Positions 16,134 through 28,724 of a stretch of DNA of 64,000 nucleotides are shown here, piece by piece. Below the pieces are notes generated by a model. It was not told where the DNA came from. It ran no database searches and saw only the letters and a list, made by a program, of their open reading frames with translations. The first letter of the stretch is position 1; each line of letters starts with the position of its first letter. Origin of the DNA: Trichoplax adhaerens. Its lineage: Eukaryota > Animalia > Placozoa. The stretch covers positions 434,001-498,000 of the forward strand of contig NW_002060954.1 of NCBI RefSeq assembly GCF_000150275.1, written 5' to 3'. Both the position numbers and the translations under genes were made by a program.

Positions 16134-17654
16134 TCATGAAGAATTAGCGGGCAATGATAGTCGCTTCTCTTTAAGTGATTCTACAATATTGAAAAAATAT
16201 CTCATTTTCACCATAGCATCACGAGCAGCTAATAAATTATCTAAAGTTGGATAAATGCAAAGAAGAAATGCAGCATTAGAAATAGAAACAAATAATATCC
16301 TTATCACTATATTTTAGAGACATATCTACTTTTCACTGTTCATTTATCTTACGATCGCGAAAGCTGCTTGCACTCTTTTTGATGCAATCCTGTAATTTTC
16401 CTATGTGCACATGAAAAATGAGCAGTTAATCCGCTACATAAGTGATACAACTACTGCGTACTTAAACCATATATCGTTGTTACACCAATTACCTTGTACT
16501 TCATCTTCGATCTCGTCCAATAGTTTTACATCCTCACAATTTAATACCCTTTCATTGAGATCTAATATCACTGATAAGAATCCTACATCAGCAGTTACGT
16601 CCCTTTCTTCTAAACTAATACCTTCGAGTTCTAGCTGTAGTAATAGCGGTTGACAGCTGTTAATGCTCAACAAAGTAAATTGAAAGGCTTTACAAACGCC
16701 CCTACCATGTAAATACCGCGGCTTAACGGATGAGTTAATGTTTCGTAGGCTTCATTAATCAAAGCAGATTGTTGAGCCGAATAATCCTTTTCTTTCTTAG
16801 CAACAAAAAGATTGCAAGTTATCTACTATCATCGTGTATTACGGAGACAGAATCAATCTGTTTATCGCATTCAATTTAATTTGATTTGACGACGTTAAGA
16901 TTCTGTGATTATAATATGAAATTACGAAGTATCCCACTCTATTCTGAACTTTTACTTGAAAAATATAATCATTACAATGACTAATTTACGTACATCGTAC
17001 CTGAGATTTCTTAATAAACTTATCAGGATGCAACTCTGCTTGCAACTGTAAGAATGATTGCTTCAATTTTCTTAGATCCATGTCATATCTTAATTTACTA
17101 CAACGAATACTTTCATGTTAATACGTTATTAAAATATCACTGATTTAAACTAGAAGAACAGTATAATAGTGAAATTTATAGTTATAATAATACAGAAACA
17201 TGGATTATATATATTAAGCGGTAGTACATAACTATACTACCATTTTTACAGGGAACTGATTATAACTATGATATTAACTAGTACGACAACAAACACAATG
17301 ATAAATACTATATGCATACCTATCAAAATAGCGAAAAAAAGTTACAGCGGTATTAGGGGGTTGAATCGCTACACAAGAATTGCAAAAAAAAATATCCTTT
17401 TGATCGATTTCTGATTGACAACTCCAGCAGGTCTTAACATTTGTTGAAAAATATGTTTGTTGTGCAATCGTTGTGTTTTTGAAGCTGAAATTAATTCGGT
17501 CTGTATTTCTCAGACCGGAAAAAGAAAGGTATCGTAATAATTTCGATTGTTGAAAACGTAGTATAGTGTTACTTTGTATGCCTATCAATTGATTGCTAAT
17601 AGTAGAAATTGTTAAAGACATAGGATAGCGAAATAAAGCGAACCGAAACGTCAT
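16134..17654 (-). CDS. HSCB: Mitochondrial Fe-S cluster co-chaperone HscB/HSC20
   Basis: Transit-peptide-like N-terminus and tetra-Cys CWSC...FFCNSCVAIQPP. J-domain LHPDKF at ~17020, then SALINEAYETLTHPLSRGIYML. C-terminus VKMRYFFNIVESLKEK...SS*, stop 16134-16136. Confidence 0.92.
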
Positions 17655-17823
17655 CGTATAACCAACCGTAGGCGAAAGTGAGCATCAATTATAATTATTA
17701 TACTGTACGTATTAGTATACTGTATATGTTACTGTGAACGTACAGGATAACCGACAAGATGGTGAACGTATAGGCTGACCGGTGATATTATACGATTACC
17801 GGCTTCTTACACTAAGCGTCACA

Positions 17824-18276
17824 TACTGTACAGTATACATGTATACAGTACTGTACTGTACTGTATGTCATATACTGTACTGTATATAACATACAGTACA
17901 GTATACTGTACAGTACAGTACTGTACGGTGCAGTGACATTGTTATCAACTTTCATTGCCTAAATTAATAGTACAGTACAGTACAGTACAGTACTAGTGTA
18001 GTTTTTCACTACTGCTTTGCAAAGCACCGGTGCTGAATGTACAGTACAGTGTACTGTACTGTACAGTACTTTACAGTACAATACAGTATACTGTACTGTA
18101 CTGTACAGTACTGTAGATACAGTAGATCTACAGTACGCACTCCTGTACAGTACTGTACTGTACAGTATTTCCGTTCCGTTCAGCGATACAGTGTACTGTA
18201 CTGTACAGTACAGTACAGTACTGTATAGTACTATACTCGGTAGCCAGACCTGGATACACTTGCGTACTGTAGTACA
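17824..18276. repeat. Largest TACTG/CAGTA tract, between divergent HSCB and AIFM3
   Basis: Near-continuous mixed-orientation pentamers that form TACTGTACAGTA and CAGTACTG palindromes. Confidence 0.9.
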
Positions 18277-18277
18277 G

Positions 18278-18330
18278 TATAATAATAATAATAGTAATAA
18301 TAATAATAATAATAATAATATAATTATAAT
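18278..18330. repeat. (AAT)n microsatellite
   Basis: tataataataataatagtaataataataataataataata... Confidence 0.9.
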
Positions 18331-19257
18331 AACGTTAATATTGAATCACATCTGAGTTAGGTTGTAAACTGAACTGTATTTGTTTCACAGCCGGATATTA
18401 TACTGTAAAGCTAGTAAAATATCACTTGTAAATATGTTACTGTATTATCCGTACCGGTGCGTACCAGGTTACCATGTCAACAATACTGTACATTAACGAT
18501 ATTGCATGAATTTGTTCGCAACTTCATCGCAGTTAGCGTAAATTACTGTACAGTGTAAGTATATGCTGTAGAAGTATCATTTGTATAGTATTACTTTACA
18601 TTTGATACTTTGATACTTACGAGTACATAGTACATAGTACATACTGTACTGTATACGTACAGTACAATAAAATAATTATGTTAATCATTAATTATAATTA
18701 AATATATATTTACAGTAGTTATTGTAACAACATGACACTATAACAACAATAATGAGCTCGCGCATTCTATCTGTATATACGGCATGCCCTAAGTAGTATA
18801 TTTTATGCGATAGGACCTTCTCTGGTAACACTCGAAAGAAAAAAAAGAGGGAAATATTATAAGTGAAGTGGTATCTAGTATCATAGAATAACCTTGTATC
18901 ATTAATTTTGAATGACTCAGTCATTCAAACTGGGATTTCATTGTAACCTGTGTTTTAATTCGTTTTACTATTGTAATGTCATCGTGCTCAAATATACTTA
19001 TTAGCTTTTTCATATTCTTAATACGTTTAATACAGTCATCATAAAGTCTACGATCAGATCTACGAAAGGAACAAGTTTCATTAAGCTGTGCGATCACAAC
19101 TGGCTGATTTCCACTCTCCATTCTAGAAATGTACGTAGTTACCTGCACTACCAAGTGTCTTACACTTATAATTCACAGCCATGCCGTATTGCACTCCGAT
19201 TAAAACTTAAGGGCTTAATAAATTGCTAGAAATAGAAACAGCGACCAGATTAGAGAG

Positions 19258-22200
19258 ATGCAACGAGAATTTTTATCCAGCAATGATGAGATAGAAGTAG
19301 AAGTAGCGAAGATTAATGAATTTGGCTGCGAAGAGTACGTATCCACAATAAAGTATTTAATTATATATTTCTATTATACGAAATCGTTTCAATAGTCATA
19401 TTCTCCGTATCGTATAGCAAGCGCATCCGAATACCAAATTCACAAAAGTCGATATTTTAGCTCCTTGTATCGATATAATTTTCATCATTTCTGTAGACTT
19501 AATATACTGTATAACATTAATATTGTAACATATTTTGAAACAAATATTAAAGTTATAGTAACTCCGAACGAGAACTAGCATTCAGTTTACTCTGTAATTT
19601 AGTGATATTTTCGAATAAAAAACACGTCTACGCTACTAAAATTTAGAATGAGGTATTGCAGTACTTACGTAATTTTCGTTTAAGCACAACAGTCGTAAAT
19701 TTTTCACATATACTACGCGTATAGCATGCTGTAAATACGATTGTTGCATACACCAGCAATAGAACTTTTATTTCGAAAACGCTTAGAGTCATGAATTACC
19801 TTGATGCATTTAAGAACTGCTTACAAGCTTAGTAAAGACTACTATCGGAATGATGAGAATTGTGCATTAAACTGTGTTACTTCATAAAAACTCTTAGCTT
19901 ACTTTGCTGAAACTGTTATACTGATGAATATATAACTATGTCCTACTGCACCCTCTTTAAGCTATCGTACCGATACATCAGTATCGCTGTTTCAATCAAA
20001 TATGGTAAGAATTTATGTTAAATGGCCAGATCTGTCGTGCATTTATACTTTGTTTCTTTACATTTATTTCTTACTTTGCAATACTATAAGTAGTTTGTTT
20101 TTAACAGTCGTAAAAGCCTTATAACAACTAGCTTGATGTCCTGTCGGTACTCTGACAGAGGCACCAAATTTAACTTTTCAACTTCATAGGCAGCTAAATA
20201 TTATAAAATTGTAGTACTATGTATTGTAAAACAATACGTTAATAATGATATACGTATATCCGAGTGATCCTCATTTATCATTTCGAAATTATTTAGTATT
20301 ACTGAAACATAACGTGCGAGGCGCATATCAATTCAACAGTACTGTATTACTGTTATGTATTATTATTATACCGTTCAGAGATCATATATAATCGTTCCTG
20401 GTTTGATGAGTAGTAGTTGTCGAAAACTAATCGCATAATACAGTGTCACAAAACAGCTCTATGCGCACTTATTACTAACTGTAGTACTTGTCTACGATCT
20501 CTGAACCATTTAAGGAATCAACAATAATCATTAGATTCTTCTCCTATAGTTACTGGAGTGCTAGACAACTACCGTTAGGATAAAAATGTACTTTATTGAA
20601 GAGGGAAGCAATATGGCCAAGTGCCTACACACACAAGACACAACAGTAAATGCTTGTAATATAGGTGTAAAATATCCTTACACTGATGCTAGCAAGCTTT
20701 ACTCACGGAGAAAATTACACTTACGTTCAATTAACAATCTTGAGAATAATAAATCAATTTATAATCAGTCCACTTAATCATCAAGTAGAATAATTAACAC
20801 CGATCATGAAGCATGCTCCTTAATGTAACAGTACATACAATTACATTTATTACCGTAGTAATTGCTTGCTTTCCATGTTATTTATCGATCAATTATAACG
20901 AAATATATCCTTATAAGTGACATCGTACTTAAAAAATTATTTTTTATTGGCCCCTATTCTAATGCTTCATACATCTTAATGAAAGATACTAATGTAATTT
21001 GCTATGATGCTGTGCAATACCAATTCTGCTTATTGACACCTTTATACCTACAGTATATAAGTATAATAATGCTACTCAACAAAGTTATAATTCTAGAGTT
21101 ATTAAGCTACCTTAAACATATATATAACAGATTACAATGACAAGTAAATCTATTTAATATACGTGTATTAGTCAGCAAAGTCTAAATTAACAAGCTGCGA
21201 ATAGCTCTATTAGTAAATTAACGAAGTCAACTAGAATCTATTGATGCATTACATCATACAAGTTCATTAAAATCTAAGCTTAAAATTTTAAACAATTAAG
21301 ATGTATGTACCTTTTTACAAAGACAATCAGTAGCAAAAGAAAGAAAGAAATCGACCATATCCTAATTATTATATATTATCAATAGATTGTATTTTTAGTA
21401 AGGACAATTTCAATTATCTACGGCATCTAATCGATTAAGAACTTTAATTCTGAGAGACGTTCACAATACAGCATTCGTTATACCATTAACTTAGCTAATA
21501 AGGAATACCGGAGCTTATATAAATATACTAGGTTAAATTTTAGATTGTACAGAATTTCTTAATTGTGGATTCTTCTGAAAATAATGTAGTTCCGAAAAGT
21601 ATGCTAATTAATTCGTAATTATGCAATATACGTTAATGCGAAGAAAAAAGTAAACATTTATTCTGGTTGCAGTAGTATCTAATTTCATATCAGTAAACTA
21701 CCAATAATAAAATAAAACCCGTAGATTTTTGAAGGCTCGAGTTATAAAATTCATATGCTGACTTTAGATAAACATCAACTTCAATTTGCTTCTTTTCATA
21801 TTCAGAATGAAAGAAGTAAAGGTTGGTGAGTACGGTTCAGTCTTATTGATTAGAGACAAAGCAGGAGATTTTTCGGCCATAGGAAGAAAATGTAGTCATT
21901 ATGGAGCTCCTTTGAGTAAAGGTGCTCTATGTGATAATCACGTGAGATGTCCTTGGCATGGTGCCTGCTTTAACATAAAAACTGGTGATATTGAAGATTT
22001 TCCTGGCTTAGATAGTATACCAGTTTATAAGGTAATATTAATGACGATCCATATACATAGTAATTTGCGCTATGTAAATTCAAGGCATAAATATAGCCCT
22101 AATACTAATGCTTTATTAATGTAACGTATTGTCTAGCCTGATGTATAGATGTTTTGAAGCTACAAAAGTTAGACGTAGACTTATCTGCCAAGATATACGA

Positions 22201-25200
22201 GTATTACAGTACTTTGTACCAGTTGAAATAATTTAATGTACAATATTACACATTATAATGGTACGTTAGGCTTATAGCATGCAATTTGAGCTCAACGAAT
22301 ATAAAATTCTATATTATTAGGTCAAGATTAATAATGGCAGTGTCTACATCAGATGTCGCCGTCAGGTAACTGGATCTATCAAAAATTTGATAATTATGTT
22401 ATCTTTGTTGATCTTGCTTCAATACTTTATCGCTAAATTTGTAAATGATAATAGTATTTAAAATAACTGTTAGCTGTTGCGTTTCCATCCATTTTAATCT
22501 ATATGTAGCACATTGCTAATGACGTATATAAATCAACATTTATTACGATACATTTAATAATGCAATTTTAAATAATTCGTCTATAAAGTATTATTTTTAT
22601 TCCTTGATGAAAGTATAACTGTAACAACTTACTAGGAACTATCGACAGCAAAGAGATTGCCCACTCTTACTAATTATCAACCTAATTTCGATAAACGAGT
22701 ATTCTTTATTATTGGTGGAGGTATGAATTCTTTATACTCGTTTCTATGCACTCATCTTATGTCTGAATTTAAGGTTTATATTGCAACCTTTCATTACGTA
22801 TTCCCTTAAGTTGTAGTAACCGTGGTAATTGATGAATTAACAATGCTGTAGGTCCAGCAGCATTATCATGTGCTGATACTTTAAGAAAGGAAGGTTTTCA
22901 AGGTCGCATCATCATGGCAACTCGTGAACGAAGTCTTCCATATGATCGTCCAAAACTCAGTAAAGCTCTTAGCAGTACTGCTGCATCGTTACAGTTACGT
23001 AGCGCTGAATTCTTTAAAGATACTGCAATTGAAGTCTTAACTGAATCAGAAGTAATAAACCTTATGAAATTGCTACTTTATTCCCCCTATTGAGATGAGT
23101 GACATCTGAACGCATCTTTTATTGACTCTTTTTTTAGGTTATAGGTCTAAATATCAAGACTAAGACCGTAACAATGAAAGATAACAGCATAATAATATAT
23201 GACTCTGTCCTCATTGCGACTGGCAGCAAGTAAGTATTACACGGAGTTAATTAATAATCAATACTGCAGTATCATATGTCAACATTAATGCCAAGTGCAG
23301 TCTATGATTAAGTTCTGCGAACTACGTTAATACAGTACAGGTAATTTAATGTTATAAATACATTATGAAATTATATTATCCAAATTCTTTAGTCCACGTA
23401 TAATGCATATAACTGGTTCACAAGCCAAAGGAATCTTTACTCTGCGAACTCCTGAAGATGGCAATGCCATAGGTAAGTTATGAGGCTACATAATTGAGTT
23501 CTCGTATATTAGTGCATACATGACTTTATCGATTACAGGAACATGCATTATTTAAGCGATGGTTGTCAGTAAGCTGTCGATGCACACATAGTTTGCATCT
23601 GATATCATAATTCAAAACTTTCTTTAATTATTCTTTGTATGTTTTTTTTAATATTAATTAATTTCATCAATGTTTATAAAGCATCGGAATCAAATGGCAA
23701 GAATGTAGTAATTGTTGGCAGTTCATTTATCGGTTTGTTATCAGCAAGCGAGTTAACATTTTAATATATTTATTATAAATTGTCTCCGTTTTTAAACTTT
23801 AGCGCCAAATATTAACTAAGTTAGCGCAGTTAATTGAAAATATTTATGCTATACGATACTTAGGCATGGAGATAGCTGCCTATCTAGCTAATAAAGTGCA
23901 ATCAGTAAGCGTTATAGGTCGCAGTCAAACACCATTTTCAGCCACGTTGGGTCCTAGGATTGGTGCGGCACTGCAAAAAGTAAATAAGTGTATAGTAAAA
24001 TTATAAAATACTTTAATATGAGTGAATCTGGACGAAAACGATACACATAACGAATATTACGGTCTCTGATTATATATTATTATTAATGTTAGCGTTTATT
24101 GTATGAGTTATAAATTGTATTATTTGTTTTTATAGATGCATGAAAGTAAAGGCGTTAAGTTCTTCTCAAAGACGAATGTTAAAAGTTTTCACGCCGATGA
24201 TAACAATAATGTATGAAATATTTTTGTTGTTGACTTACCGAGTTTTTTAATTATCGTAAAGTTTGAATATTTGCTTTCAGCTAACTGGTTTAACTCTATC
24301 TAATGGAATATACATTCCAGCTGATGTTTGCATTTTAGGAATTGGTAAAATTTAAGAATAATTAAGTATTATTATGAGTGTATTTTTGCTACATATAAAT
24401 TATACTGCCAATTTTATTAGTTCAGCTTTAGTAAATTCTAAGATTAGTACATACAAGTATAGCGTGGATTTATATGTATACGAGTACTACGTGCAGGCTA
24501 TCTTAACAATCGGTATGATTGCATATTATCTTACAATGTATAAGGAGTTACCCCAGCGACCGAATTTTTGGCTGGTAGTGGTATTAGCTTGAGCAAGCAT
24601 GGATTTGTTCCTGTAGATGAAGTTAGTTAGCCTTGTATAATTACATCATTTACATAAAAGTAATCTTGGTGTGAATTTTACATGATAAGATATTTACATA
24701 ATGCAAGTATCTATTTCACAATAGAACATGAAAGTAGCAGCAGACGTTTATGCAGCTGGCGATATCGCACAATTTACTATTCAAGCAACGCGAGGATTAC
24801 CAGTCAGCATAGGACATTATCAAATTGCTTTAAAACACGGTAAGAAGGATAGTATCATCAGCTAAATAGGTATTTATGACGATCTTCGATCCAAAATGTA
24901 ACAAAAATCCCTAACAACCTTAAATTTTTACACTATACTAATCAAAAAACTGCTCTTGTCTATACATAATGATTAGTTATGAAACATTATGTATAATTTA
25001 GTATTTACTGGGAAATTTAATAGGCAATATCGCTGCTAAAAATATGTTGGGAAAAAATGTTGCATTAAATACCGTGCCTTACTTCTGGACACAAATGTTT
25101 GGAAAATCATTGCGATATACAGGTTGATATATTATCGTATAATATATTTATAGGATTAATGACTATGTACTCGTATTATATAGCTTTACGATAACAAATC

Positions 25201-25626
25201 AGAAGCATTATATTTAATAAGCAAAATCTGCGTACATGCGTATAGGTTTCGGGGCTGGATTTGATGAAATTACATTCGATGGGGATGTAGAAGGATTAAG
25301 CTTCATCGCTTATTATATCAAGTATATATTTTAGATATCTAATTTTGGGTAGCTAAAACTATGATCGTTACAAGTTTTGGCTATTAGTTCGTATAATTAA
25401 TTAACTGGTATTTCATATTAGATCTAACCGCGTTATTGCAGCTGCAAGTATGGGTCGTGATCCTGCTGTTTCTCGGATTGCAGCTCTCATGCTTTCAAAT
25501 AGTATGCCTTCAGCAGACGAAATTAGGTAATTACAAATGGAATACTTTATTTACAGTTAATGTTGTTTCATGCGTTAATTTATTTGTTACAGGAAAGATT
25601 CCATGGTTTGGCAAACCAGACTTTAG
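19258..25626 (+). CDS. AIFM3: Apoptosis-inducing factor 3-like Rieske [2Fe-2S] / FAD oxidoreductase, multi-exon
   Basis: Rieske motifs CSHYGAPL...RCPWHGACFN (~21890-21975), then IIGGGPAALSCADTLR, PYDRPKLSK, VVIVGSSFIGME, VYAAGDIA and VPYFWTQMFGKSLRY. Stop is TAG 25624-25626. The exon at 19258-19335 splices in phase to 21807, but the true start may lie further upstream. Confidence 0.9.
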
Positions 25627-26806
25627 TTATTTTTCAGGCTATTCCGTAATTTCTACGAGCTAATCAACTGAAATACTGTTAAATTAATTTCATAGGGTAG
25701 TTTCAATGCGTTATGCTAATAACTTAAAATTTAAGTTCACTAAAATATGACCTTCAACTGGTTTTATTACTATCGTAGAAGAATTATTAAACTGTAGTAT
25801 GGCAGATTATATCTTATTCTGTATAAGTTTACTAAATCACAACAAAGTTAGACCTACGAAAACTTAAGATAAAAATCTACTTTTATTACAATATTTAAAA
25901 AGGTCCGTGTAAGCTAGTCTATGTATTCCTAACATACTTTCTGTAGTAGTAGCATGTCTAGAATAACACACTCACACTTCCGTTAGTTAAATATCTGCGT
26001 GCAATTAAAACAGATCTTATGATTTTATGCTCTATCTACGAATGAAACTCCAATATCCTAACATTCAGTATTTTTAGAAATAAAGAAAGCTTTAATATGG
26101 TACATTTTTTAGCTTGAATCACATATCTGTTTGTGAGTAGCCTAGTATCTTACAATTTCTGAAGTACAAAATTTTTATAAAACGATGATGTTAATGTAGC
26201 TTAAAGTATTATGGTTAACTGGAAATACTGTAACAGCGACGGTGGTCAGTAATGTATTTCTCTAGAAGTTCTAGTACGGTACAGTATCGGTTATTATTAG
26301 AAAATCAAAACTTTTGTCAAATAAAGAAGTCATATATTGGGTTTAGCTGTTCTGATCATTTTATATAAGCAATATAGTTCCGCAAGTTTATGGTATTATC
26401 AGTGATATTGAAGGGAACGTTGTTAAAGCTGTGCTATATATGCTTTATAAACGTATACCAGTGTGAAATCTACGAGATTTGCAGTATCGTTCAACTCTTG
26501 ACGTGAAAACAGGAGAATAATTACGCACTACATACAGTGATACAGACATGCACGAGTATTTATCTGCAACTCTTAATCGTTCTATCGCCTTCTACTTTTA
26601 GTAGAAAATTACACATTATTATAAAATAATTGAATGTCTGTAACTCTAACTCCCGTTAGAGACTGAATAACAAGCTTACGCAACGTAATATCAAACTTTA
26701 AAAAAGTTTAATCCACCATAGGTACAATATGTAATTATACAGAATAAAAAGAATGAAATGCGGTATTTTTCGACAAAACTCTTAGTATAGTATTTATATC
26801 GTAACT

Positions 26807-28724
26807 TTATGCTTTAAAGATATGTACAGCTCGAACAACGTATTGACGACATATCGGGCATTCCGCAAGTCGTTTCCCGCACTTTGTGCAGGTAACCATA
26901 TGACCACATTCCAAAAGTACACAGGTTATAGGAGCATCCATGCATATTTTGCATAGATCACTGTCATAGTTATTAGAGGACTTTCTATCTCCTATTATGA
27001 TAAATTCAATAGTGATTATTGAACATTATAAATTATTGAATGACAAAATAATCTTTTCAAGGAATTAATGACTGCCTTAATGAATTCTTACCTATATCTT
27101 GGCTAAACTTATTTTCAGGTATATTTCGTTTGGCTGTAAGTAGGTTACATTCAAAATATTAAGAAAACAAAATTCTAGCAAATTGTCGATCACTATGTTT
27201 TATATAATTGTATTATACTAACTACAAGTTTAACTGCATTACGTCAAAATAGAAAGATTTAATGGCGTGCTTACTTTCAGTATCGACTTTCGAGACGTAT
27301 AGCCGATGCACCCTTTCAATTAATTCCCACTTTTCGACGCATCCTTTATAATCAACAAAGTTGGTTACTAATATTTGTTTAAGTTGCCTTACAGATAATA
27401 ATCGAATATCATTTTCGCTCCTAATATCACTCAGAGAAATACGCCGCTTAATGTCCTATTAACGATCAAGAATTACACATTCAGATAAAATAAATTACCA
27501 TGCGTTAGACAATCTATAACCGGTGATGGTGTATAAGAGTATGCGTTATAAAGATTAACGAAGATTTGATAAAATGTTTGAGAGTTGACTTAGCAGAGAA
27601 AGTCTAGTCTCATAGAGAGAGTATAACACAAATTGACTGGATTAAGGAGGATTACCTTGTTTTTTATTTCTTCAGTTGGCAATGGTTTGTTTACATCTTC
27701 GTTCAAATTACCTTTTACAACGCAGGCAGAAAAATATGCCCTTAGCAAAATGAGCATCGTGAGCAAATTGATAACAAAAAATTACTTGATTGCGATGTAT
27801 CTTGAGTGTTATTGTTTCCAGTCTGGTTCGATAAGTCATTTTCGCTAATAGTAGACGTACCTAAAATATCTCTATTATTATTACTACTAGACCCTTCTAA
27901 TTCATCTTCAAATAAGGGGGTTCGTATAATGCCGAGTTCTGAATTTGATATATCTTGTAAATGGCTGATAACTAATTCTACCATCTCCAATTTTGATTGT
28001 GATGTCCTTGTTGGGATGTTGTTCGTAACTAAAAATTTTCTGAGATCCTTTGCTTTTAGTAACATAACCCGTGACTGATCAATTTGATCTCCACTAATAG
28101 CATGACAACGCAAGCAGCATCGGTGTCCTCGATATGTAGGATTCCGATGCTTCAGCGAACAGCTGCAGCAAAAGTACTTCGTACACTGACAGCATTGATG
28201 CTGTAAAATGAAATGCAAGCATGAGAGAGCTGACCATAAAAAAATCAATACGTTACACATGCAGTAACCCAAATTATTCAATCTTGATTAAAGGCATCAC
28301 TTTAATCTTTATGTGTAATTAGGTAAAAATAAGTTCTACGGATAGGCATCCATGATAATACGTCGTATTTAATTTAATTATCTTGATCAATACACAGTGT
28401 GTTCCTTATTTTGCATAAATATCATAAGAGTACACACAGTATCATCCTCTAGCAATGCGTAAGTGTAAAATACTTATCAATAGCGTAACGTATTTTAGTG
28501 CTATCTTTTTTTTTGTTTTGATCTCGCAGCTTGGCTGGTATTACTGTAAAATCAATAAAGTGATCAAGGCAATCAGGATATGCTATAGCTCCTACCTTAC
28601 GTTTGAAAGTAGAAAAGACGGCCATACAAATTTCACATCCGTATACCCCTTCATTTCTGCTAGAAATTCGGGATGTATTGTCTTCTGCTATTACAGCCGA
28701 AAGACTACTAATACCAGATCCCAT
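26807..28724 (-). CDS. RNF34: FYVE-like/RING E3 ubiquitin ligase, RNF34/RFFL (CARP) family
   Basis: [14 protein letters not shown]|[14 protein letters not shown]...CLRC, then [14 protein letters not shown], and C-terminal [54 protein letters not shown]. Probably a co-orthologue of RNF34 and RFFL. Confidence 0.92.

Noticed and set aside
17824-18276. Resemblance of TACTGT...ACAGTA to bacterial LexA SOS boxes or a CRISPR array
   Set aside because: The context is eukaryotic and intron-rich, and there is no fixed spacing, no constant 25-45-bp repeat with unique spacers, and no cas genes.
18017-18355. ORFs rich in TVQYSTVLYC (also 18037-18228, 31424-31630, 30892-31095, 63668-63889, 786-1004)
   Set aside because: They are translations of the TACTG/CAGTA and AAT repeats, with no protein-like features.
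18921-19154. 77-aa minus-strand ORF (MESGNQPVV...) upstream of AIFM3
   Set aside because: It has no recognisable motif or splice support, so it cannot be distinguished from chance without expression data.
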